DNA of 64,000 nucleotides from a virus (lineage: Duplodnaviria; Heunggongvirae; Uroviricota; Caudoviricetes), in IMG/VR virus record IMGVR_UViG_3300022562_000399; one strand, given 5' to 3'. Below the pieces are notes generated by a model, which saw only the letters and a list, made by a program, of their open reading frames with translations, did no database searches and had not been told where the DNA came from. Of this stretch, positions 7,063 through 14,430 are shown one piece after another. The first letter of the stretch is position 1. Each line of letters opens with the position of its first letter. Position numbers and translations under genes: made by a program.

Positions 7063-9368
7063 GCCGCTAGTTTCACCTCTTCCAGTTCGCCCCAGCTTGG
7101 CCCCGCCTCGAAGTCCACCGGGAACTTCAACGCTGGGGAGTACCCGAACACCTTCTCGATGGGCCGGTTCTCGCAGATCTCTTTGACGGCCAGGAGTATC
7201 CACGGCAAGTCCTCGGTCTTGGCGATGCCGGTGACACTGTCATGTGTCATTGCTACCAGCCCAGCCTCCGGGACCTCCTCCTCGATCTCCGCGATGGACC
7301 ACAGCATGAGGTCAGACAGCATCGACTGCACTGGGGAGTTGATCGCTTGCCGTTCAGCTTGGTGCTTCAATGCGTCGTCGCGCGAGTTGATCAGGGGCAG
7401 GTGACGGATGCGTCCCAACGGAGACTCGATCTGGTGCCGCTCTCGCGCGTAAGACAGCACGCGCTCGTACCACGGGTTCAAGTCGGGGTACGTGTCGAAG
7501 AACAACTCACGCTCGTGCCTGGCCATGGCCATCGTGATCTTCTGGCCCCAGGTACTCCAGCAGTACACGACGAAGCCGCCCGCGCTCATGCGGTAGACGA
7601 ACCCGAAGTTGGCGGCTTTGGCGCCGGATCGCGCCGCACTGTACTTGCCGGGGTCGGACTCCTTCAACAGCATGAACTCGGGCAGGGGCATCCCGATGCG
7701 GGCCGCCGCAGTCTTGGCGTGCAGGCTCATGCCCTGGTTGTAGGCTTCGAGCATTGCCCGCTCGTGCGCGAGCGTTGCAACTATGCGCAGTTCACCCTCA
7801 CTGTAGTCCACCTGCCAATACGAGTAGCCCTCGGGTGCCGTGTAGCACTTGCGCAACCTCTTCGCGATGGGCCCGTGCTTGGGTAGCGTCTGCATCGCGG
7901 GCGCCGTGCACGCGAGGCGTCCGGTCACCGTGCCGCGCTTCTTGTCGTCGTGCACGCCAACGCCGGAGAACAGCATGTACGAGGGATGGAACAGTCCGTC
8001 CTGCCGAAGGTGAGACAGGAACCCGTCGATGTAGGTGGACCTCGCCTTGGAGATCTTCGAGATCTTGCCCATGGCCTGGGCGAAGGGGCCACCAACCGGA
8101 TGCGTCTCGAACATGTCGAGATGTTCCTTGCTGGTCTTCGGCTCCTGCTTCTTCTCGGTCAGCAGCACAGGCTTCAAGTTGAGGCCCAGAGGTGTGAACA
8201 GAAAGTCTCGCAACAGAGCTGGACGCGACAGGCTCAAGTCGTCGGCGTACTTGGCTTTGATCCTCGGGGTGAGCATTGCCAGGGCTTCCTGCTCGGCCGC
8301 ATTCTCTTCCTTCACCAACTCGGATCGCAACTTGGCGAACGCCTCGACGTTCACCGGGATGCCGCGCGCCTCCATCTTCGCGAAGGCGATCTGGGCGGGG
8401 TGCAGAATGTGTTGGTAGAACTTGGTCAGCTTCGAGTGCTTGACCAACTCCGCGCGCATGTGCTGGGCCACGCGGAAGCAGGCGTCCGTGTCGCCGCCGA
8501 TGTACGGCAGCATCTCGTCCTTCGGCACCTTCTCCATGTGTGCCTTGTCGTGCTTCTCGTTGAACTCGTCGTCGTAGCCGCCGATGGGAGTGTAGAGCTT
8601 GGCGTGCAGGTTAAGATTGTTCGGTCGGTTCTCGTTCAGCAGAGACCCGATCAGCGTGGTGTCCAACGTATAGTTGGTGCACGACAATCCCCACTTGATC
8701 CGCAACCAGTTCAAGTCAAAGCCGCCGAAGTTGGCGCCCCAGAGCTTGACCTTGGGGCTGTTCAGCAACCAGTCGATCTCCTCCAACTGCTCGTGCGTTG
8801 GGCCCTCGGGGTAGGTGTAGATCACGTGCGACTCACCAGGCTTCACGGTCACGCCGATGCACACGATCTGGGCGCCGGGATCTTGCGGCACCACTCCCAT
8901 GGTCTCCAAGTCCAGCACCGTGGGCACGCGCACCGTCCACGACTGGATGTAGTCGATGATCTCTCCGAAGGAGTCCACGTACTTGTACGCGCCGACCTCC
9001 GGGGTCAGCTTGCCGGTCATTTCCGCACGCAGGGCCAGCCGCACGTCCCAGCGGATCTCGTCCAGCTTCGAGGGGTCAGCGGCTATCGAGCCGGGGGAGT
9101 AGGTGCACAGGAACTTGTGGCCCCCCTCGCCCAACGTCAGCTTGCCACGCAGAGAAGTGACCGTGCGGTTCTTGGGGTACACGCCCAAGTTCTGCAACAC
9201 CTTCAAGGGGTCGCCACCCATCGACAGCAGCACACCGTTGCCTGGGTCGGGGATCGACCCCTGACCAACGCGCCACAGCTTCACAGGCGGGCGTCCTGGG
9301 GTGGAGTCCAACACCGGACCCACCGCGCGCACAACTTTCTCTCGGTCCCCTTGGTAGTAGATCAGCAC
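7059..9368 (-). CDS. DNA polymerase I family A with 3'-5' proofreading exonuclease (T7-like DNAP)
   Basis: Exonuclease motifs LDLETMG, GANFGGFDLNWL and YIGGDTDA. Polymerase motifs TGRLACTAPAMQTLP, motif A VDYSEGELRIVATLA, motif B KAANFGFVYRMS and motif C VAMTHDSV. Confidence 0.9.
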   Translation of the reverse strand: MLIYYQGDREKVVRAVGPVLDSTPGRPPVKLWRVGQGSIPDPGNGVLLSMGGDPLKVLQNLGVYPKNRTVTSLRGKLTLGEGGHKFLCTYSPGSIAADPSKLDEIRWDVRLALRAEMTGKLTPEVGAYKYVDSFGEIIDYIQSWTVRVPTVLDLETMGVVPQDPGAQIVCIGVTVKPGESHVIYTYPEGPTHEQLEEIDWLLNSPKVKLWGANFGGFDLNWLRIKWGLSCTNYTLDTTLIGSLLNENRPNNLNLHAKLYTPIGGYDDEFNEKHDKAHMEKVPKDEMLPYIGGDTDACFRVAQHMRAELVKHSKLTKFYQHILHPAQIAFAKMEARGIPVNVEAFAKLRSELVKEENAAEQEALAMLTPRIKAKYADDLSLSRPALLRDFLFTPLGLNLKPVLLTEKKQEPKTSKEHLDMFETHPVGGPFAQAMGKISKISKARSTYIDGFLSHLRQDGLFHPSYMLFSGVGVHDDKKRGTVTGRLACTAPAMQTLPKHGPIAKRLRKCYTAPEGYSYWQVDYSEGELRIVATLAHERAMLEAYNQGMSLHAKTAAARIGMPLPEFMLLKESDPGKYSAARSGAKAANFGFVYRMSAGGFVVYCWSTWGQKITMAMARHERELFFDTYPDLNPWYERVLSYARERHQIESPLGRIRHLPLINSRDDALKHQAERQAINSPVQSMLSDLMLWSIAEIEEEVPEAGLVAMTHDSVTGIAKTEDLPWILLAVKEICENRPIEKVFGYSPALKFPVDFEAGPSWGELEEVKLAA

Positions 9369-9797
9369 TCAGTCCAACTCCACCTCTGTCCACTCACTAC
9401 CCACCAAGGCGTAGCAGCGCGTGGCCCCTGGCCGCACCAATCGCAGGGCAGCCTCCACCGTCTCAACCTTCGACATTTCCCACAATCGGTGTGTGTCCGT
9501 CACCGGCACGAGGTGCAAGTCTAGCACGTACATGAGCACACCACAAGGGCCACTTGCAAATGCAACCCCAAAGTTGCCGGGCCCTCGCAGAAGCAGTCCT
9601 TCGCTCGACACGTCCAGCACCGCCGAGATCACTTTGAGGGTGAACGGGAACTCGAACGCTCCCTCTCGCGCGAACTTCTCGACGCAGCCCCCAACCAACA
9701 GCGGGCGACCGTCCTTGGTCTCCATCCGGATCGGGGCGCCTAGCACGTCCGCGATCTTCTGGAAGCGCATCACTTCTTGGGTGACAGCGTCAGCCAT
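9369..9797 (-). CDS. Hypothetical protein, possible DNAP accessory
   Basis: Stop directly abuts the DNAP GTG start. Real start likely MADAVTQ... Trimmed from 9369..9896. Confidence 0.35.
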   Translation of the reverse strand: MADAVTQEVMRFQKIADVLGAPIRMETKDGRPLLVGGCVEKFAREGAFEFPFTLKVISAVLDVSSEGLLLRGPGNFGVAFASGPCGVLMYVLDLHLVPVTDTHRLWEMSKVETVEAALRLVRPGATRCYALVGSEWTEVELD

Positions 9798-9995
9798 ACG
9801 ATCTCGTCTCCCTTGGTGGCGACGGCTTCGGCGTAGCCCAGGCACACGTCCATGTACTCTACGCGCAGGCGCACGTTCGGGACGATGGCCACGCACACCA
9901 GCAAGATGGGCTCCGAAGTCAGACCTTGAAGCGGTCCGGCCACGCGCAAGGTCATGCCCACGCGCATGGCTCGGATCTGTTTCGCCGTGGTGGCC

Positions 9996-10814
9996 TTACG
10001 CTCCATGGCTCGCGAAGTCCTCCACGTGAGGCACCGCCGTGTGAATCCCCGTGCACAGGGCCGCGACCAATCCACCGATCACCTTGTTGGCCATCACCTT
10101 GTTGTCCACCTGCACGTGCATCGAACAGTAGCCCTTGTTGAGATGGTTCTGGTTCAAGGTGAAGCCCACGTCTACAAGCTTCGGCAGGCCGTCTTCCAAC
10201 GCCGCTCCCTCAACTCGAATGCTCACCTTGTTGCCAAGGTATCGCGCCGCGACCACCAACCCGTCCGCCATACCCACCACGTGGTAGACGCTATCCTCGC
10301 TGGTGCCTGCCACCGCCTGGTAGAGATGGGCAGCATCCGCCGCCTTTACCTTGGGCCCGGTCTTAACCACTCCCTCCTCCACCTTCAACGCGGTGTCAGT
10401 AATCGTGCCGTGCTTGGTGCCGGTGACCGACTTCTTCACTGCTTTGGTGTGGTAGGGGACCCAGTTCTTTTCGGGCTCCGACGTGGCCACCATGACCACC
10501 GCAGGCTTCTTGGCCGAAACGTCTACACCACCCAAGCCCAGCGGATCGGCCGCTGCCTTGTGGCCGTGGAAGGACGCCACGTAGTCGATGGCCTCGACCA
10601 GCTTCTTCTTGAGCGTAGCGCAGACCAGAGTGCTCGCGTTGCCGTCGATCACGGACTTCACCGTATCGAACTTCACCGACACCTTGTGGGTCGTCGTCGT
10701 GCCTTCCTGGCCAACCACGATCTCGTTCTGGCCCACCGTCAGACGGACGTACTCGTCGAACTCTATCCCAAGAGCCGACAACAGAGCACCCGTCTTGATC
10801 TTGTAGGAAATCAT
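9996..10814 (-). CDS. Possible sliding-clamp-like protein (gp45/DnaN-like N-terminus)
   Basis: N-terminus MISYKIKTGALLSALGIEFDEY resembles clamp N-termini (T4 gp45 MKLSKDTTALLKNFATI, DnaN MKFTVEREHLLKPL). The call rests on this weak similarity only. Confidence 0.25.
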   Translation of the reverse strand: MISYKIKTGALLSALGIEFDEYVRLTVGQNEIVVGQEGTTTTHKVSVKFDTVKSVIDGNASTLVCATLKKKLVEAIDYVASFHGHKAAADPLGLGGVDVSAKKPAVVMVATSEPEKNWVPYHTKAVKKSVTGTKHGTITDTALKVEEGVVKTGPKVKAADAAHLYQAVAGTSEDSVYHVVGMADGLVVAARYLGNKVSIRVEGAALEDGLPKLVDVGFTLNQNHLNKGYCSMHVQVDNKVMANKVIGGLVAALCTGIHTAVPHVEDFASHGA

Positions 10815-10999
10815 CTAACCGTCCTCCTTGCTCCCGTCAGGATGTTCACGACCACCGTTCCGGGCTCGAAGTTGGCCCGCAGCTCGTATGCTTGCTCCGC
10901 TCTCGCGTCCGCGTCGGCCAGCTCGTTCCGCTTCCGGTGGTCTTCCAGGATCTTGCGCGCCAGCTCGTACTCGCGCTTCTTGCTGATTTTCCGTCTCAT
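10811..10999 (-). CDS. Small basic hypothetical protein
   Basis: ORF with RBS AAGGAGG and promoter at 11026-11054. ATGA overlap with the downstream gene. Confidence 0.3.
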   Translation of the reverse strand: MRRKISKKREYELARKILEDHRKRNELADADARAEQAYELRANFEPGTVVVNILTGARRTVR

Positions 11000-11025
11000 G
11001 GTGCCTCCTTGCTCCGTACAGTATG

Positions 11026-11054
11026 AGAGTAAACCCGATCCGCCCCCATGTCAA
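11026..11054 (-). promoter_or_regulatory. Promoter: TTGACA-N17-TACTCT
   Basis: ggctgcTTGACAtgggggcggatcgggttTACTCTcatactgtacggagcaaGGAGGcaccATG. Confidence 0.55.
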
Positions 11055-11256
11055 GCAGCCAGCTTCTCGATCTCCAAGACCTCGGTCTTCATCCTGGTGG
11101 CAGAGCCGAACGCCTTGTGGGCCTTCTTCTCTCCCTCGACTCGCTCGCACCAACGATTAGCCGATGCCAGCGACGGGAAGCGGATGGAGTCCTTTATGGG
11201 AATCCCCGCCAAGTTTCCGTCCAGGTAGGTTCGGATGAAGTGAACTCGAAAACCGA

Positions 11257-11544
11257 TCATGCTGGCCTCCTTGCCGCAATCTTCGCAGTGCCCTCGGGCA
11301 CCAGTTCGCCGTAGAACAGATCCATCTCCAGGGGAGCACACGCCACCAAGTCCTTCTCGTCGAACATGCACAGCTCGATGGCGCCCGGCTTGGTCTCCGT
11401 GTCTCCGTCCTTCTTCACCGCGTTGGCCACGATCACGCCGTTGGTCACCCGCGCCACCTTCACCCTCCTGGTGATCTCCTTGGCCCCGCCGCCCTCAAGA
11501 GCAACCCGGAACCGGACGCGATAGAATCTCCCAGGAACCATCAT
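11257..11544 (-). CDS. Hypothetical protein
   Basis: Trimmed from ORF 11257..11604. Follows the promoter at 11564-11591. Confidence 0.3.
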   Translation of the reverse strand: MMVPGRFYRVRFRVALEGGGAKEITRRVKVARVTNGVIVANAVKKDGDTETKPGAIELCMFDEKDLVACAPLEMDLFYGELVPEGTAKIAARRPA

Positions 11545-11563
11545 CTCTCTACCCACACCTAGA

Positions 11564-11591
11564 GGGTAAGCCCTGGGGCCTGCCAAGTCAA
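11564..11591 (-). promoter_or_regulatory. Promoter: TTGACT-N16/17-TACCCT
   Basis: Flanked upstream by the palindrome copy at 11599-11614. Confidence 0.45.
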
Positions 11592-11598
11592 GCCCCTT

Positions 11599-11614
11599 TT
11601 GCAACTATCTTCAC
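11599..11614. repeat. 16-mer variant TTGCAACTATCTTCAC adjacent to a promoter
   Basis: 10-mer core GCAACTATCT. Confidence 0.45.
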
Positions 11615-12513
11615 TTCTCCCAGATCTGGTTGCCGTCGGGGCTCGGGTGCACCGTAGCCGTGGACACGGAGGGGGCCTTCTCCTTGATCAGGAAGCCCTT
11701 GGACGTGCGCACGTAGCCCCTCGGCGGGGGCTCCTGGGCGTCGGCCAGGTAGGGCTTCGTGATGGGCTCTCCGGGCAACTGAGGCAGCCCCTCGTTCAAG
11801 GGCTTCCACCGCTCGAACTCGTCCTGGTAGCCGGTCCAGTGCCGGTCGTGGTTGCCCCAGTGCTCGCCGTGGCCGCGCCCCTTGTACGACCTCGTGCTGG
11901 GGGATGCCGCCTTGCAGGCGTACCGCTCGACCAGGAACGCGATCTGTTCCTTGGTCTCGACCGCGTGCTTGCAGTAGTTCTCGCGCACATACTTGATCGG
12001 GTCGGGGTCGATCTCCAGGACCGACACCAGCGCCGCCAACAACATGCCCGTGCGACCGTGTCCGCCGATGCAGCCAACGTGCACGGCTCGTCCTTCTTGG
12101 ATCTCTCCGACCAGCCACAGCACCATCCGGTGGAATGATTTGGGGTCACTCGGCTTGTGCCCGTCCGTGATCTCGTACTTCACGCGCGTGGGTCCAGACT
12201 TCGGTGGCTCCCATGGCCATGGTGCGTCCGCTTGCATCCAGCGGTCCAGCCCCACGTACACGTCACACCCATCGAACACTGGGTCCGAACACGAGCCGCC
12301 GAACAGGTGGCGCCCGTTGCCAAGGGGGAGGGGCCGGTGCGTGTACGCACACTTGGAACTCGACAGCTTGCGACCCAGCGCGTGGACCACGCGCCCAGAG
12401 TACCAACTGCCCACCTGCAACGAGGACAACGCCCCGCGCTTCTCTTCTCTCACTGCCGCGAGGCTCACGACCTCGGCGCCCAGCTTCTTGCTCTTGCCTT
12501 TGTGCTTGCTCAC
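11611..12513 (-). CDS. Cys-based protein phosphatase (PTP/dual-specificity fold, CX5R)
   Basis: Active-site P-loop VHVGCIGGHGRTGMLLAAL. GTG start with AAGGAG RBS just after the upstream TAG. The first ~100 aa of the listed ORF is a junk extension. Confidence 0.6.
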   Translation of the reverse strand: MSKHKGKSKKLGAEVVSLAAVREEKRGALSSLQVGSWYSGRVVHALGRKLSSSKCAYTHRPLPLGNGRHLFGGSCSDPVFDGCDVYVGLDRWMQADAPWPWEPPKSGPTRVKYEITDGHKPSDPKSFHRMVLWLVGEIQEGRAVHVGCIGGHGRTGMLLAALVSVLEIDPDPIKYVRENYCKHAVETKEQIAFLVERYACKAASPSTRSYKGRGHGEHWGNHDRHWTGYQDEFERWKPLNEGLPQLPGEPITKPYLADAQEPPPRGYVRTSKGFLIKEKAPSVSTATVHPSPDGNQIWEK

Positions 12514-12521
12514 TCCTTCTC

Positions 12522-13625
12522 CTACGCCGCCATCGCAGCGGCCGGGACGTACTTCCCGTCCTCGGTTCTCACGAACTTCTTCACGTACACACCAGGCGCC
12601 ATCTCGTAAAACCCGGCCTTGTTCTCCTTCGCCATCTTCACGGTCTTCTCGATCTCGGTGGCTTCCGGTCCGCCCAGCTTCTTGGCGTAGGGAGTGGCGA
12701 GTCCGTAGGTCTTCGCCTGCAACTTCTTCTCCGCCTCGTAGTGTCCGTTGACCGCACCAAGCGCAGTGACTTTGTACCAGTCCACGTACTCGCCGAACCT
12801 CACCCACGGCAACCACTTCTTGACGGTCTCCAGCACGAGCCCCATGCCAATCGTTCCGTGGGTGTTGCCGGTCCCCGCAATGTACTCGGGGATCTGGCCC
12901 GACCTCTGCACGTCCAGGATGCGCCCTAGCTCGTGGGTGTAGCCACCGAAGAACAACCCCTTGTTGAAGATCGGCCCGTTGTTGTGGGCCAAGGTGAACG
13001 CGGTGTCCACCATGTTCTCCAGGCTCGCTTCACCTCTCAGCACTCGCGCCAAGCACGTGGTGATCTTGCCCCAGGGCTTGCCTCCGAAGCCCCCGGAGAA
13101 CGACCCGTGGAAGAAGCCCCACTCGATGGCACCGAAGAACTGCGCCACGGTGCAGGCTGGGGGGTTGTTCATCGTCTTCGAGTAACCAGCCTCCTCGCTC
13201 CCGCCCTTCAACGAGATCACGTGATCAGTCGCTTCGTTGCCGAACTGCTTCCGCATCTTCTCGGCTCCACTGCTACCAAGCGACATGTGCCGGATCTCAC
13301 GGATCGTGATGTAGCACAGGTAGTGGAACATGCGGAGGGCCGAAGCACTGCCGATCTCGTGGAACGAGTTGACGGCCGAAGCCGCCCCTGGGTCCAGAGG
13401 CTCGTGCTTGTCGTACCGCCTCACCACTTCGCCCAGCACGTGCTGCACCAAGTAGAACTTGACGGCCTCCAACTCCGGGCTAGGGTCGCCCTTCAAGTTC
13501 GCCCTGGCCTCCTTCGCCTGGGCTGCCCAATCCACCATCGACGAGGAGCCAAGGTCGCGAACGACCGTCAGCGGTCTCGCTCCTATCTGGTACGCCAGCG
13601 TGTCATGGGATGCGATCAGTGACAT
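12522..13625 (-). CDS. Hypothetical 367-aa protein with a Gly-rich motif
   Basis: Clean ATG with AAGGAGG RBS. Motif FSGGFGGKPWGKITTCLARVLRGE. No recognised catalytic signature. Sits between the two phosphatase paralogs. Confidence 0.45.
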   Translation of the reverse strand: MSLIASHDTLAYQIGARPLTVVRDLGSSSMVDWAAQAKEARANLKGDPSPELEAVKFYLVQHVLGEVVRRYDKHEPLDPGAASAVNSFHEIGSASALRMFHYLCYITIREIRHMSLGSSGAEKMRKQFGNEATDHVISLKGGSEEAGYSKTMNNPPACTVAQFFGAIEWGFFHGSFSGGFGGKPWGKITTCLARVLRGEASLENMVDTAFTLAHNNGPIFNKGLFFGGYTHELGRILDVQRSGQIPEYIAGTGNTHGTIGMGLVLETVKKWLPWVRFGEYVDWYKVTALGAVNGHYEAEKKLQAKTYGLATPYAKKLGGPEATEIEKTVKMAKENKAGFYEMAPGVYVKKFVRTEDGKYVPAAAMAA

Positions 13626-13660
13626 GGTGCCTCCTTGCGTTCACGTCTCAGTACACCTTG

Positions 13661-13689
13661 AAAGTACACCCGCCCGTCGGTTGTGTCAA
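13661..13689 (-). promoter_or_regulatory. Promoter: TTGACA-N17-TACTTT
   Basis: taggggTTGACAcaaccgacgggcgggtgTACTTTcaaggtgtactgag. Confidence 0.55.
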
Positions 13690-14165
13690 CCCCTAGCTGA
13701 AAAGAACTTGGCCCACAGCCGCTCGGCTCCGTAGTAGATCCGCAGCCAGAACACGGGGAAGGTCGCCACGAACCGCTCCTGCTCGTTCGTCTCCACGGCC
13801 TCCACACGGTAGTTCTGGCGCACGAAGTCGATGGCCTTGGGTCCGTTCAGGCCCTCAGTCACTCGTGCCACCAGGGCCAACAGCGTGCCCGTACGACCCC
13901 ACCCGAACCCGCACCCGACGTAGACCTTGTGGCCGTAGATCAGGGACCGCAGGACGAACCGCACAGCCTCCTTCACGGCCTCCAGATCCGTGGGCACTCC
14001 GAAGTCCGGCCAGTCCACCGTGAGGTTGGCAGGTCGCTTGTTGTTGGCCGCCAGGTTGACTCCCAGGTGGGTGGTCGGCTTGTCAAGATACGGACCGGCC
14101 AGGATCTCGCCTCCGGACGTTTCCATGGGGGTGGCACACGGGGCGCCTTTCAGATAGCTCTTCAT
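13686..14165 (-). CDS. Cys-based protein phosphatase paralog (CX5R)
   Basis: VYVGCGFGWGRTGTLLALV. The downstream segment IDFVRQNYRVEAVETNEQERF parallels IKYVRENYCKHAVETKEQIAF in the first phosphatase. ATGA overlap with the upstream gene. Confidence 0.6.
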   Translation of the reverse strand: MKSYLKGAPCATPMETSGGEILAGPYLDKPTTHLGVNLAANNKRPANLTVDWPDFGVPTDLEAVKEAVRFVLRSLIYGHKVYVGCGFGWGRTGTLLALVARVTEGLNGPKAIDFVRQNYRVEAVETNEQERFVATFPVFWLRIYYGAERLWAKFFSARG

Positions 14166-14428
14166 CGTCTTCGTAACTCCGCTCGAAAGATCTTGATAGC
14201 ACGGGGGGCGTCGAACATCAAGCGCACGCGCCACGGGTACAGGTCACCACTCGGGCGCAGCTTGCACTTCACGTCCGGCAGAATTTCGGACCACTCGTCC
14301 GTGGTGATCGGGATGAACTTGTCGCCCCCAACCTCCAACTCGATGCAGTCCTTCATGATCACGGCCACAGTCGCAGGCGTGTCCCCAACGAAGACCGTGT
14401 GCGATTCTTTCAGTGTCAACGTCAACAT
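14162..14428 (-). CDS. Small hypothetical protein (88 aa)
   Basis: ATG 3 nt after the PPDK-like stop. Trimmed from 14162..14497. Confidence 0.3.
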   Translation of the reverse strand: MLTLTLKESHTVFVGDTPATVAVIMKDCIELEVGGDKFIPITTDEWSEILPDVKCKLRPSGDLYPWRVRLMFDAPRAIKIFRAELRRR

Positions 14429-14430
14429 GT

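Noticed and set aside
7950-9524. 524-aa + strand ORF (also 15064..16650 with 528 aa, 46591..48594 with 667 aa, 24583..25977 with 464 aa and other long + strand ORFs)
   Set aside because: All lie antisense to strongly supported minus-strand genes (DNAP, PPDK-like, nucleases/RecA, TerL). They have low-complexity Arg/Gly/His-rich translations, and no promoter or RBS signals were found on the + strand.
9996-10814. 272-aa protein as major capsid protein
   Set aside because: No support for this. Capsid and scaffold genes are expected downstream of MuF, beyond position 1. Weak N-terminal similarity to sliding clamps is noted instead, at low confidence.
11611-12816. Full-length 401-aa ORF as annotated by the ORF track
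   Set aside because: The first ~100 aa (MVAVGEVRRVRGLVQSHCAWCGQ...) overlap the upstream gene and are Arg/Gly/Glu low-complexity. A GTG with an AAGGAG RBS immediately after the upstream TAG gives a 300-aa phosphatase.
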